The notes under the pieces: model-generated
Database searches by the model: none
The model's input: the letters and a program-made list of their open reading frames with translations, nothing else
Told to the model about the DNA's origin: nothing
Shown here: positions 1 through 13,132 of the stretch, piece after piece
Layout of the letters: each line of letters begins with the position of its first letter
How positions within the stretch are numbered: position 1 is the stretch's first letter
Position numbers and translations under genes: made by a program
Origin: Eledone cirrhosa
Lineage: Eukaryota
DNA: 64,000 nt
Assembly (NCBI GenBank): GCA_964016885.1
Contig: OZ024740.1
Location: 311,054,001 to 311,118,000, forward strand
Direction of reading: 5' to 3'

Positions 1-313
1 AAAACTATCTCTTTCTCTCTATCACCCATCTCTCCCTCTCCACCTTCACTCTCATCTCCTCCCCTTTTTCATCCTTTCCACCCCCCCCCCTCTCTAAATA
101 AAATATTTTTCCCAATATCACACATCAATCTAAAACTACTTTTCATATGTTGATTTAAAACTGCACTATCCACAAGTGTTTTTTAGCCTTCATATCATGT
201 TCTCCTGTTTTATCTGATGAAAACACAAATATTATTGCATGATGATGTTTGTTTTTGAAATGCGCATAATAAAATACATGGAACTCCTTTAACCATCTTT
301 TGATCTTATATAT

Positions 314-382
<69 letters not shown>

Positions 383-477
383 CCAAAGATTAATATGGTT
401 CATTGATTACTCAATGAATATATTTTTACAATAGATTAAAAGCAATCTACAGAGAGGTTTCTGGGTTTATTAAATAC

Positions 478-548
478 ATGTATTTTATCTGACGAGGACG
501 TACTGAAAAACAACACAGTACCTTCGAAATATATTTATAATAAAACAT
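478..548 (+). ncRNA. Minimal type I hammerhead ribozyme, family A, in a ~215-bp unit between (TA)n tracts
   Basis: Stem I TTTTAT, core CTGACGA (489-495), stem II GTACTG/CAGTAC, GAA, stem III ATA-tatt-TAT, cleavage triplet AUA, then ATAAAA closing stem I. Confidence 0.7.
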
Positions 549-589
549 ATATTTTGATTATGTGAATGTCTTCATTTATTAATATTCTG

Positions 590-627
<38 letters not shown>

Positions 628-639
628 ATATATGTATAT

Positions 640-1028
640 TAGGGTGGCCCTTATCAATAGGTAATTTTCCGAAAGTTAAAATTTTACTGCTCCCACAGCG
701 AAAAATAGGTGCTTGCTCTATACCTGCGCTCTGTCCCCAGCTTTGCAAGTTGCCTTCCCCGTTATATTTATTGTCACTTATCCTAATACCAAGAACAAGT
801 CTGAACAAACTTTTAATTTAAGAGTAAATTATATAAGAGATAAATATTTTTATCTGAAAAAATGACTCTCCGGGCGAAAAATTCAAAATTTCACGGTCGA
901 TGAGGGTCGGCTTCCAGTTGTCCGCTTGAGGTAAAGTTTTGCATAGATTGTTTTTTGTTACTTGGGAAAAGATGGAGGGGGGGGGTGAGAGCTAAACTTT
1001 TAGAAAGTTGAAAAGTAAGGGCCACCTA
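640..1028. mobile_element. MITE-like element, Tc1/mariner-like ends
   Basis: Terminal inverted repeats TAGGGTGGCCCTTA (640) and TAAGGGCCACCTA (1016-1028), TA at both ends, non-coding interior. Confidence 0.55.
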
Positions 1029-1057
1029 GTGTGTATGTATGTTCGAAAGCATGTTTT

Positions 1058-1370
1058 GCGGTTGGGGTATTTGGCTCATAATCGTAAGGTTGTGGGTTCG
1101 GTTACCGGCGGCGCGCTGTGTCCTTCAGCAAGACACTGTACTTCCGTTGCTCCAGTCCATACAGATGGCAAAAATAAGTCGTGACTGTAATTCGAAGGGC
1201 CAGCCATGAAACATTCTCTGGCACCGTGAATCTCCCTGAGAACTATGTTAAAGGAAAGGTGTGCATGTTTGTGGAATGATCAGCCACTTGCACGTTAAGT
1301 TCAAGAACAAGCTGTTCTGTTGATTGTATCAACAGGAATACTCATCGTCGTAACCGCCGGAGTGCCACTA
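1058..1370 (+). mobile_element. tRNA-derived CORE-type SINE, degenerate
   Basis: B-box-like GGGTTCGGTTACC followed by CORE-like TGTGTCCTTCAGCAAGACACTG. Confidence 0.6.
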
Positions 1371-1585
1371 GAACATTATATGCATATGCACAAACACACA
1401 TACATAGATGTCATACATTTAAGTTTTACATTTTCACTACAGTTTTATAATGGCTAAAATACTCATAATATGTATAAACGTTTTGTTTATGGTGTTACTT
1501 CTTTTTATTGTTCAAACAGTTCATAGCATATTATGGTACGGCAAAGGAAATACAAAATAACAATGGGTGTAACTAACATATGATG

Positions 1586-1702
<117 letters not shown>

Positions 1703-1717
1703 GTATATATATATATG

Positions 1718-2995
1718 ACCGGTGGTTGATCTTCCCTCACTGAAGCCGTTCTGGTTGTCCCTGAGCTTCTTCTCCATCTCGGGGTAGATCCTGTTGAGGG
1801 TCTTTGCCACAAGTGACGTCAGTGAGATCCTCCTGTGAGATCCCCTTGTTGGTGTTAGAGAGATCTCCCTTCTTTAGCACTGGGACGATGTTACTCATCT
1901 TCCACTGATTCGGGGAAACTCCTTTCTTCAGTGCCTGGTTACAGAGCTCCAGGATGATATCATCAAATTCACACCTCTTCATCACCTCTGATGCCGCTCC
2001 ATCTTCTCCATGGGCCTTTCCCACCTTGATCTTCTTCTTGACACTCTGAAGCTCTTCTCTGGCGACGGATCCTCTCTAAATATCCAGTTCTTTAAACAGA
2101 TGCTTTAAATGGTCCAGCCATTTCCTCTTCCTATCCGCGAGCCCTGTTCCTTGGATCTGACTCGAACTCCTTCTCTTCCTCCCTGTGAAATCGTTGATAA
2201 TTTCCCAGCTCTCTTTACACGTAGACCTGTCAACCGCTCTCTCCACACATTTTATCTTCTCTATCAGCGCCTCCTCTCTGGCCTCAGTGTAAGCAGTACA
2301 AAGTTCTTCCTTCATCCACTCCTTATTCTCCTTCCTCTCCTCCGTAGGATCAGCATGGAATTGATCCTTGACAGCTTTCAGGTGTTCTCTGGCTGCACAC
2401 ACTTTTGAGTTTGCAGATCTGACGTTCTCCCTCTTCTTCTCTCTCCTCGGCTCCAGGGCCTCACTTGCTTCTTCCACTGCAGTGATGAAGTACCCGTACC
2501 TTCTCGTCACACTCTTTCCAGTCTCTCCAACCTCTCTCTCCTCCGCCTCTCCATAGAGAGCACTGAATATATTTCTCACTTCTACTGTCTACCTCTCCTG
2601 TAGTTTATCATCTTCCTTGAAAGCTTCCCAGTCATAGATTGCTCTCCGGGACTGAGCCTTACTCTTTCTTAAGCTCACCAGGACCTCACTCATAACGAGA
2701 GTGCTGGGGATAGCTCTGAACATTAATCAGTATACACTGAGGATGAAAAAATTCAGAGCTGTACGGGATCCTCCCAAAAGTCAGCTCGAAAATAATACAG
2801 AGGAGACTAAGGTTAGCTGGACATGCTCACCGACATTCAGAGTTGACACTGCACTCAGTGCCCCTGTGGTTGACATATATTGATGCCCTAAGGACAAACA
2901 CTAGTCTCTAGGAGACGCAGGAAATGGCAGCAATAATTAAGGGCAGAGACCGCTGAAGAGAACTCGCCCATGGGTCTCAGGAATTTTACCCGCCC
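1718..2995 (-). pseudogene. Degenerate RTE-group non-LTR retrotransposon fragment (EN-RT linker and start of RT)
   Basis: Broken ORFs 2076-2579, 1737-2024 and 1505-1810 carry KAHGEDG, WKMSNIVPVLKKGDLS and LRDNQNGFSEGRS, typical of the RT N-terminus; truncated at (TA)n. Confidence 0.75.
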
Positions 2996-3783
2996 TATAT
3001 ATACAGAGAGAGATATATGTAAAATCCCGACTGCGACGCCAAGCGGTTTCAGCTTTTGTCTCTATCCCACTCTACATCTTCCCATGTATTGAGCACTCAC
3101 ACGATTAGTGGTCCCCTCGGTTCCAGCACTGCAGACTCTCTCTCTCTCTCCCTCTCTCTCTATCTCTCTCTCTCTCTCTCTCTCTGTATATATATATATA
3201 TATATATACATATACATACATATATATTAGTTGAAATATAATCTCGGTGTAGGCGGCTACAATAACATCTCGTGAAAACGTAAGTGTTGTGTTTGCTGTC
3301 TATATATTTTACGCAATCCATTACAGGGTATCACATTCACCATGATGGTTTCCTTCATAGATTTATTTCTTTGGTTTTTATTGATTTTTATTTATATTAT
3401 TTTTTTTTATTATTTATACCGATGACCTTCCAAACTTATAAATTTACTTTTATGCCTCTTTCATGGTTTCTTATTACGAGTGTTTGTAACGTTAATATTG
3501 CAGCTACTGCCATTGTTATTGCTACTTTAGTTCAGTAGATAAGTAGAATCTTCTAACGTTTGATGACGCTTTTTTCTCTCCTCAAACACGTTTCTTGCTG
3601 TTGCTGATACTACTTATTTCGATTGAGATGCTTCCAATTTTTTTCATTGTTCTTTTTGGTTTATGGGAGGGTTGTAATGCATCTGGCTGGTTGGTCATAT
3701 TTACAGAATACATATGTATACTTGTTTTTCGTTTGCTTATTGTCTTTCTTTACAGATTTACTTTTTTCATTCTATATGTTGAC

Positions 3784-3842
<59 letters not shown>

Positions 3843-5327
3843 TCTTTTACCTTTATATATCAATGTAGGTAAAGTGTTTAAAGTTCACATAAGTATGAGT
3901 TTATAGCATTCAGCTAATGGCGCCATCTTGCTTTCGAAATAACCATTGTCTATTATCACATGAAATTCTTTCTCATTTAAACTGAATGTGTTTTAAATAA
4001 GAACTAACTGCTACAGAATTTAAATATTTTTGTAGAAATCTAGACAGTATATATTAGAAACATGAACCGTTGTTTGATAGTACATCAGATAAGGTTGTTA
4101 TCTTACTAGCCTAGGGTTGTAGCTCTTCTTTAAAATATAGACGCTTTCTGTTCATAGAATGTTTCTTTAAAAGGAGATAGAAGAAATATATCAACCAACA
4201 GACCGTATTTTTTTTAAATGAACGTATTTTTTAAATAGATAAAAGAAAGAGGAAACATAAGAAGGGAGGTATAAATAAATAATCGAAGTAAAAGGTACCC
4301 TGTGTACAAGATAAAGCATTGCTGTGGGCAACGGCCAGCTATACCCGCTCTATCAGCCACACTCCCACATGGGGCTCCTCCTTCCGCAACTGAGGATATA
4401 TGAGATCGCGATGGCAAAAAGGAAATATTCAGTCAAAGTCTGGTAGCTGGTTATCTACGGTTCTCAGCGTTGTGGCAGGGCCAAGCGTTGTGGCTAAAGC
4501 AATGAGGCTGGCACCATAAAACGTGTCACAATATGCGGTATCCCAGATTGGTAATTTACCTATCTCATACAGGAAGTGGTTATCTCCTTTGTGTGCCAAC
4601 CGTCAGCGCGATCAAGGCGGATAGTCCTTAAATTGATGGAAAACCAACTACTTAAAGTTTCTTGTTGTGGCACTGTTTAAGGTGTCATCTCGAAAGAACC
4701 AACTTCACTGAAGCGACGGGAGAGTGGGTGTTGTCCAATCCTGTCAACTCTAGTTCCACAACGGTATATGTGTTGGTCAATGTTTGAGTCTACTCCGATG
4801 CGGCTGAATCAATAAAAATTGTACCGGTTGATGCAAACGGCGCCGTATTTAACCACGCGCCTTTGTTTGGCTGCCTGACAGACCGGTGACAGGCTAGGAG
4901 ATGTTAATCTAGGGAAGACTCGATTCTCGGACTGGTTGAACGACACTTGATATTCCAGTTGCGGTGGTAACTTACACATTCGGCAAAATTAAGGCTCTCG
5001 TCAATCCAAACGGCCAGAGCTAACTTGTGATCCCGGTCTAAAATAGGGTACTGTTTTGCCAAGAACTTCGGAGAAGTGGGCACGACTGGGTATTATAGAT
5101 GAAGGAGAGTCCGAGGCCACCAAACCTCTTGAGTAGTCGCGTCTTTTGTCAGCCTGTGCGATTAAACTTACATTGCAGGCGAGTTCGGTATAGTGACACG
5201 CATTGGAATCACCCGCAAACTACGCAGCGAAACGAGACGTTTAGGAAAGGCAATGTAGTTGTTCAAGAGGAAGAGCCTGGAATGCAAATCAATGAGGTGC
5301 TCATCATCGTCAGGTCAACTCATTTCT

Positions 5328-5534
5328 TTGAGACCATGGGAATGTAGGTGCCGTCTATAGAAATGAATCTGATCTCAGTCAGAGCGAACTGAATGCTCTG
5401 TACGACGTCATCATATTTATCAGCTTGAGTTAGGGCGAATCTCAGTATGATGACGTCGTTCAGAGCATTCGGTTCGTTCTGACTGAGGTACGACGTATTT
5501 CTATAGACGGCACCTACATTCCCGTGGTCGCAAA
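5328..5534. repeat. Fold-back, MITE-like element with ~90-bp imperfect inverted arms
   Basis: GACCATGGGAATGTAGGTGCCGTCTATAGAAAT...ATTTCTATAGACGGCACCTACATTCCCGTGGTC; inner arms GAATGCTCTGTACGACGTCATCAT and ATGATGACGTCGTTCAGAGCATTC. Confidence 0.85.
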
Positions 5535-6480
5535 TTTTCTTGTGAAGAGAAAGTCTTGTTGACAGGTGGTAGCAGAAATAAGCTTGGTTAATTCCTCCTT
5601 AAATACCAAGCATGAGAACTGTGAAACAGAACAGTATATTCCAATGTTCTGGACTGTCGGGTTTAAGCGCCTGGTCAAGAATTGTCAGCTTTGATTGTAT
5701 GGGGACCTTTCAAATCCTGATGGTCACTCTCCACGACTGTATGAAACGTAAGTTCACTGTTAAAACATAGCTCCGTTATGAGGCGCCAGGACACTTCTGT
5801 TGATCTATTGGACCTCCCTGTTGTGTCAGTTAAGTAGAGCGGCTGCTACCACCTGTTGAGGGATGCCAACGCAAGAAAGGTGGAAGAAATTGTCATAATT
5901 AGAACAATTCCTTCTTTTCTTCCACCTATTGTGTGTGGTAAACTATTCGAATTGGCCAGTAGTGAAGGACAGAGGAGTAGAAGAGTTTGATGTAATATCT
6001 TATAATTTCTCGCCTTTTCCGAACAGAATGTTCCCTAAACGAATAAAGAATATTGTATGCATGCGCCTGGGTGAATGTATATTTTTGTTTCGTGTGTTTT
6101 TGTATTAATATATGTGTATTTGCATGATATATATTTATACTGATCACATTCTGTGTTATCGGTACTACGATCCAGTAAGAGATACGTGGTTCGACTCAAC
6201 TGACGGGCTCTTATTTGTTACTGTGCTGCAGCAGTATGCGTATTATATATATTTAAGAGTGTTACCCATTTTATGATAAGAAAATTTTAAAGTACACGTT
6301 TTTCACTCTGCGTAACAGGGGTAAATATATAAACAATGTATATCTGTATCAACAAAAATAATTATTACGCCTATAGCATAACAAACATACAATAAGTATA
6401 TATGTGTATATATGCAGAAGAGGGTTAAACCGATACTGCGTGAATGTGTATATAAACACATTGAGTATATAAAATGTGTG

Positions 6481-6633
6481 AACAGCAAAAATGGTGAAAA
6501 TTTATTAACTACCAAATTCAATCACTTTATATGGCGTCCAATAGATAACTACAGATCTGAGATCTTTTAAGATAATATTTGAGTATAAAGTGATTGGATT
6601 TGGTAGTTAATAAATTTCCTCTATTTTTGCTGT
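6481..6633. repeat. Inverted repeat, ~50-bp arms
   Basis: AAATTTATTAACTACCAAATTCAATCACTTTATA versus TATAAAGTGATTGGATTTGGTAGTTAATAAATTT. Confidence 0.8.
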
Positions 6634-7052
6634 TGTTATCAACTACAGCTGCTACAATTATCAGCCACAATCTTGAACGCCCATTCAAAATTGTTCATTT
6701 CCGATACTGCTGTGCCATTCAAAATAAACTCGTGGTAAATTTAAGTGTCAATGATGGTCTCAAGTGTATAATCATCAAATTAATTGGGTGTCAATAGACG
6801 GAACACAGATATCAATTTTTATTTGTTAAGGTTTGTTTCCTAATAAGAGATCCTCGTTGCTGCTGATCTCTGAGAAATATCTTCTGCGCCTAAGGAAAGG
6901 TTTTACTGGGGCACGAGTTAACTGTCATATATGTATAAGTATACATAATATTGTATTTGTTCTTTGGAACAAATAGCTACAAACTTGGAATAAAAACTGA
7001 GTTTATTTTTAGGAGGAAGTTTTATATGTTGCATTATTTTAGTGGAGTGACA

Positions 7053-7272
7053 AGGGCGGTGGATTGACAGTATCGGTAGAGCGCCGGGCACTCTGCTTTG
7101 CAGCATAGAGTTACGGCCCTTTTCGTTCTGAGTTCAAATCCCGCCGAGTTTAGCTTTGCCTTTTATCCTTACGGAGTCGATAAAATAAAGTACCAGTAAT
7201 TCACTGGGGTCGATTTAATCGACTTCCTTGCCCCTTCGAATTTCTGGCCTGGTGCCTAACTTAGAAACAATT
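7053..7272 (+). mobile_element. tRNA-derived SINE, the dominant family of this window, full length
   Basis: A box TGACAGTATCGG, B box GAGTTCAAATCC, central TTTGCCTTT(C)ATCCTTACGGRGTCGATAAAATAAAGTACCAG (resembles the Meta domain), 3' GGCCTKGTGCC...AGAAAC-ATT. Confidence 0.85.
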
Positions 7273-8639
7273 ATTTATTGGTAAATTTTACACTTTTCGT
7301 AAGTTATATAATAAAATTTTGTTTAGCTGCTATTATTTAAGCTTGGTATCAGGTGCACAAAGTTAAGTTCTACAGTTATTGATGACATTTCTTAGTGCGA
7401 TTTATTTTATGATAAGAGAACATGGAAAAGAACATTAATACTGTATAAAATATATCATTCGGTGATGTAAGAAGACTATAGAAACGTAAGTGGGGAAATG
7501 ACGGACTTGATTGAATGTAGGAATTATTAGGACAGTATCATATAACCATAATAGATTTAATATTAATGTACCATAAGTGGTAATTGATTAATTGGATTTA
7601 TATTACCTTGAGAGTTTTCTGTGGGGATTATAGTTGGTTGTTTCCTTATTCAGTTATTTTCTTTCGTTAATGATCAGTGTTTTTGATATCGGTGGTAGGA
7701 ATGACTATCAGTATTCAGATAATTGAAATAACTTCAGCGGTCCTTTGTGTCATTTTGAGCTATATATTTATATGTCACTCCTGATCTATAATAGTAGCTT
7801 TGCCTCATCTGAATATGCATTAACTGTCAAATAAAATAGAAATAAATATTTGCTGTGTTCTCTAAGAGTTGGATGTATACACCTGCTAGAAAAGAGTTAG
7901 AAGCCATGAAAGGGGCGCAATAAAAATGTCATGTGGCGTTCTCTTAGAGGAATTTTGTCAAACTTTCAATAGAAGACTGGCAAGATAATGTTAATTCTGA
8001 CTTTTTCGTTAATATAGTGAAGCTTTTAGTTTGAACACGTACATCACTTATTTTAATGTTTGTATGCATGTGTGAAGAATATTCTTCTAAATGATCATGC
8101 TCTATTGTTTTTTCAATGTGTAGTGATGAGTTACTGTTACAATAATTAATCAAAACAATTATGAAAAGATATCTAGTAATTAAGAATCTATATAGAGTCA
8201 TGGAGCAGAAAAAATATAAATCCATTATCTAAATGACCTAATAAAAACACACCTAAATGTTATTAACTCAGAGCAAACTATTTTCATATTTCTAACACTC
8301 GCATCTCAATGTTTCCCATGCGATACTATTATAACACAGATTTGCATAGAAGTACATACTTAGTGTATTTGACGAATGTTTACAGTGATACATGTACGCA
8401 TGTGTGTCTGTGTGAGTGATCTTATGTGTATCTGTCTGAGTGTTCGTTTCTGTGTGTGTGTACAAATCACCATTTTTTTTTTTAATTCGCATGGTAACCA
8501 AATTTATTGAACTTGCAAATACATTTGGATATTAATATTATTTTCGACTCTGAGAATGTTTCTACCATTTCCGCTCAAGCCTGCTTGCAACCCGAAGAAA
8601 ATTCACTGGCACTATTTGTGAGAAGTTTGGGCTCTTGAG

Positions 8640-9070
8640 TCTGTGTTACACATCAGCCGACAGACTTCTGCATAACCAATTTGACCTCCAACAATCAAAC
8701 GGAAATTTACAGGAAACAACATCCCCGAGGTGATGCATGGAGATATCCAGAAATTTGACTGAAGTGTCAGAGACGGAGGGAGTAGATGCAAAAGGAAGAT
8801 GAAAATATTGGATAAAGGAGAGGAAAAACCGAGCTTTTCACGAGAGAAAAACTGAGGTCGATACAGGATAGGTTCAGTGTATTTGGGGGTAGTTTTGGGC
8901 CTCAAGGTAGCCACAGAAAAGGTTGGCACAGTTTGGGTCAACTCTGGTTCACGTGGCACACTGACCTGCTGGTAGAATTTTCGGAAAACGAAAACACTGT
9001 TCCATGTACGAAAAAGCTCAGTATTTTGGAGGAGTAATGTGGGGTGTAAAGTGTTAAAGAGTTTGGAGAC
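8640..9070 (-). pseudogene. Penelope-like RT remnant
   Basis: NSVFVFRKFYQQV then, after a frameshift, AT*TRVDPNCANLFCGYLE, matching the PLE RT motif AMGTxxxPxYANLFMGxxE. Confidence 0.6.
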
Positions 9071-9487
9071 CATATGTATGAGAGGCGAGATTTATATATC
9101 ATGAATGGGGGCGCTTACTATATTTACATACACATTGGTGCCGTCTCTACATATCTTAGCATACATCCTAATTAATTACCAAAACGAGCGTTAATTATAT
9201 GTAAATTCGCGTGTCCATTTAAGAATAATTCTAAGAGCGAATGAATATTTAAGCCCATCAAATACATATTTCCTTGTGCTCGTTTGCATGATATACACAC
9301 CATCTGATGATGGCGTAATGAGGCTGTTTGCTTGCAAACGAATCGAATATTAATAATATTATTATGATATTATTATTATTATCATTATTATTATTATTAT
9401 TATTATTATTGTTCTTTGAGTCACAGTCATTGATGTTAGTTAACTGGAAAGTTTGTTGAAATGAATATCAAGCCACTACCTGCAGCC

Positions 9488-10143
9488 TCAGATATTCAGG
9501 ACATATCGGAGGGTTCTTGCTGTTCCCAGCAATCATGCCTTTTGAAGTGTTCTAAAAAGCGGGGCTGTACTAATTTTCTTTAACCATTCTTGGAAACTCT
9601 TTGAGATAGTACCTAGTGCGCCTATGACAATCGGGACCACTTTGATTTCATGGCATTTCCAAATCCTTTTTACCTCCAACTTTAAGTCCTGGTATCGGTT
9701 AATTTTCTCCCTCTCCTTCTCTTACACTCTCGTGTCGAATGGGCAGGCCACATCCACAATCAGGCACGATCTTTTTTCTTTGTCCAAAACCATCAGGTCA
9801 GGTCTATTGTGTTCCAGTTTCTTGTCCGTCTGTATCCTAAAATCCCACAGCACCTTCACCTGATCGTTTTCTATCACCGACTCTGGCTTATTCTCATACC
9901 ACTTCTCAGAATGTGGTAAATTGTTTACTTTGCATAGGTGCCAGTGGATCACCCTGCCCATCACATCATGTCTCCAGCCCTTATAGTGGGTCTGGGCTAG
10001 GTGTTTACACTCGGATACAATGTGAGCCACAGTCTCCTCTCTCTCTCCACAGATCCTACACAGTGGGATAGCCTCCTCCTTGTAAATATGGTGTTTCAAC
10101 CACTTCGTTTTGAGGGCCTGCTCTTGCGCAGCCATTAACATTC
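9488..10143 (-). pseudogene. C-terminal zinc knuckle and RLE endonuclease, with a frameshift near 10143 and a stop at 9722
   Basis: AAQEQAL, CRICGEREETVAHIVSEC, RHD, RPDLMVLDKEKRSCLIVDVACP, then GALGT and LLGTARTLR. Confidence 0.85.
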
Positions 10144-10144
10144 C

Positions 10145-12107
10145 TTATGTAGCCTTTTTAAGGTCTTCTCTTTTCAACCAGTTCCTTGTCTGTGGATCTC
10201 TGAATTCAGTTTTCTCAAAGAAGGTACTATGAAGGGATTTTTCCTGAAGGCTGCTCTTTCTCGTTGTTGTTATTTCCTCCTTGGACATCCCCTGGTCTAT
10301 TGTCCTCTCCTTCAGTACAGTTCTGAGCATTGGCTCCTTACTATCAGTCACGTATTTGTGTAGGTTGTTTTTCTCCATCTGAACACAGTCCTCTATGCTG
10401 ATAAGACCTCTTCCACCTTCAGATCTCCTTAAGTAGAGTCTATCGACATCACTCCTCTTGTGGAACATGTTGTAGATAGTCAATAGCTTCCTAGTCTTCC
10501 TATTCATTTCTTTTTGTTCAGCAACATTCCATCTCAGAATTCCCGCACTGTACCTAATAATAGACACAGCTCGGGAATTTACTGCACTTATGGCATTCCT
10601 ACTGTTCAGATGTGACTTTAATACGCTCCTTACTCTCCGAATGTATTCAGTTCTTATCAATTCCTTCATTTTTTTGTTCTTGGTGTCATCAGCCTCCAGA
10701 ACACCCAAATACTTGTATCCTTCTTCAGTGTCAATTTCCTTTATCATCTCACCTGTTGGTACCTGGATTCCGTTGCTTCTGCTCAATTTACCCATCTTCA
10801 TCAAAAGGACTCCACACTTACTAATACCAAATTGCATACATATATCATTGCTGAAAATACGGACAGTGTCAACAAGCACATCCAACTGCTTCTCACTCTT
10901 CCCGAAGAGCTTAAGATCGTCCATGAAGGGGAGGTGATTGATGGTAAGCTCTCCCTTTCCCAACTTGTATCCTGCTCTCACTTTTCGCAGTATAATGGTC
11001 AGGGGTATCAGGGCAAGGACAAACAACACAGGGGACAGACTATCTCCCTGGAAGATACCTCTCTTGATCTTCACGCCTCCCAAGGATTCTCCAGCTGATG
11101 TTAACTCTGTTTCCCAGGACTTCATACTTTTGCCCAACAACTGTCTGATGTTATCTGCCACCTTGAAGATCTCTAGGCTTTTGGTGATCCAAGAATGAGG
11201 CACCATGTCAAATGCCTTTTTGTAGTCTATCCATCCCATGGCAAGACCAGTGTGTCTCCTCTTGCAATTCCTCATTACCATCTTATCAATAAGTAACTGG
11301 TCCTTTTTACCACGGGACTTCTTTCGGCATCCTTTCTGTTCGTCCGGTAACAAGTTGTTTGTGTGGAGGTGATGGTAGATTTCCTCAGACACAATGCTTG
11401 TCAACAGTTTCCACATTACAGACAGACATGTGATAGGTCTATAGTTGGTAATATCATTACCCTTGATTCGGTCTTTCATTACCAGAACTGTGGTTCCTTT
11501 TGTCAACCACTCTGGTACCTCACCTGACATCAAGCAGTCATTGAACATGGTTGTCAGTTTCGGATGGAGGGATGTTATATTTTTAATCCAATACCCCTGC
11601 ACACCATCTGGGCCTGGTGATTTCCAGTTGGTTAGTTTTCTGGCCTGCCCCTTAAGAGTTTCAACTGTGATACTCAAATCAGTTTGTTGGTGTGCCTGTT
11701 CACTAATCTCCTTCTGTACTGTCTCAATCCACACTGCCTGGTCATTATGTTTAACATCCTGCTCCCATATTCCTCTCCAGAATGTTTTAATTTGTTCCGC
11801 CTCAGGGATCAAGTCGTTGCCTCTTTCTTTCCCTTCAAGCTGTCCAAACAGCATCTTCTGGTTGTTGTCAAACATACGGTTCTGTCTATACTGATTGACT
11901 CTGCTCTCGTATCGCCTAATTTTTGCACTCTTTGCTACAATGCGTTGCTTCAGTTCCTCTATGATAATATTTAGCTTTTTCCTCCTAGTTTTGTACTTTA
12001 TTTCCAGTTTATTTTTAGTGTCTATGTTTTTTAGTGTCCCATTCAGTAGGGACTCAAGCTTTCCAATGTCATTTCTCATTTCCCTGATTTGACCACTCAG
12101 TCGTTTC
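10145..12107 (-). CDS. Reverse transcriptase portion of the RLE retrotransposon ORF
   Basis: SPGPDG, NYRPITCL, EQKGCR, WIDYKKAFDMVPH, GIFQGDSLSP, FMDDLKL, YKYLG. The poly-N start in the ORF track is flanking microsatellite. Confidence 0.9.
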
Positions 12108-12168
<61 letters not shown>

Positions 12169-12224
12169 CCACTCACGAATGCTTTTAATATATATATAAT
12201 AAATATATATATATATAAATATAT

Positions 12225-12435
12225 ATATTGTTATACTTTGGGAGGGTCATGTTGCCAACATACGCACCAGTTGTTTCACTCCAATTTATTATAAATTAAA
12301 TTTATAAATTTAAGAATTTATAAATTTCCGGTTGGTTGGTTGGTTCCACAACCGGACGGTTGTTGATATATTGTCAAAGTTCTTTCGTCACACATTCTGT
12401 GACCTCTTCAGGACAGAACAAAGGAGAGGCACAAA
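12225..12435 (-). mobile_element. Solo Penelope pLTR fragment related to the element at 55711-61274
   Basis: Shares TTGTTATACTTTGGGAGGGTCATGTTGCCAA and GGTTGGTTGGTTGGTTCCACAACC with 55771-55985. Confidence 0.85.
12372..12415 (-). ncRNA. Hammerhead ribozyme, family B, diverged copy
   Basis: Minus strand reads TGTC CTGAAGA G GTCACA-gaatg-TGTGAC GAAAG-aa-CTT TGACA. Confidence 0.7.
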
Positions 12436-12582
12436 ACAAAGAAAATAATCCCCTGTATATATAATGCATAAATATATATATATATAGAATTCATAAATAT
12501 ATATATATATATAATGCATAAATATATATATATATCAAGTAAGAATATTTTTCGAAACAGTGAGTTGGTTTGAACTTATTAA

Positions 12583-12802
12583 AAATGTAAGCTATGACCG
12601 TATTTTGAATAAAGAAATTAAAGAAATTATTTAGCCTGATAGTGGGGTTAAGAACCCTCGGAGAAATGGAAAAAGATGAGTATTGACGTAGATGTACGTC
12701 AATACTCATCTTTTTCCATTTCTCCGAGGTTTCTTAACCCCACTATCAGGCTAAATAATTTCTTTAATTTCTTTAGTCAAAATACGGTGATAGCTTACAT
12801 TT
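12583..12802. repeat. Near-perfect palindrome, 108-bp arms and 4-nt loop, within (TA)n
   Basis: Centre GATGAGTATTGACGTA-gatg-TACGTCAATACTCATC; about 3 mismatches across the arms. Confidence 0.95.
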
Positions 12803-12885
12803 CTAATAATATATATATATATATATATAATGATAATGCATATATATATATAATGCATAAATATATATATATATATATATAATGC

Positions 12886-12940
<55 letters not shown>

Positions 12941-13008
12941 GCAAATATATATATATATAATGCATATATATATATATATATATATATAATGCAAATATAT
13001 ATATATAT

Positions 13009-13132
<124 letters not shown>

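Larger units (their letters stand above)
9411..12107 (-). mobile_element. 5'-truncated R4/Dong-clade RLE non-LTR retrotransposon inserted in (TAA)n
   Basis: RT, CCHC and restriction-like endonuclease domains; short 3' UTR; (ATT)n directly abuts both ends (~9367-9410 and 12108-12168). Confidence 0.9.

Noticed and set aside
2940-3055. Possible HDV-like ribozyme at the RTE 5' end, or a half-hammerhead on the minus strand
   Set aside because: GGGCGGG/TCTGCCC can pair, but P1.1 and J4/2 were not found, and the GAAAC...GTC piece has no CUGANGA partner
7053-7150. tRNA genes at the A/B-box motifs
   Set aside because: No cloverleaf; these are SINE heads followed by SINE body and tail
9296-9360. CTGATGA near a family C remnant
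   Set aside because: No stem II, GAAA and stem III arrangement; only a short decayed fragment
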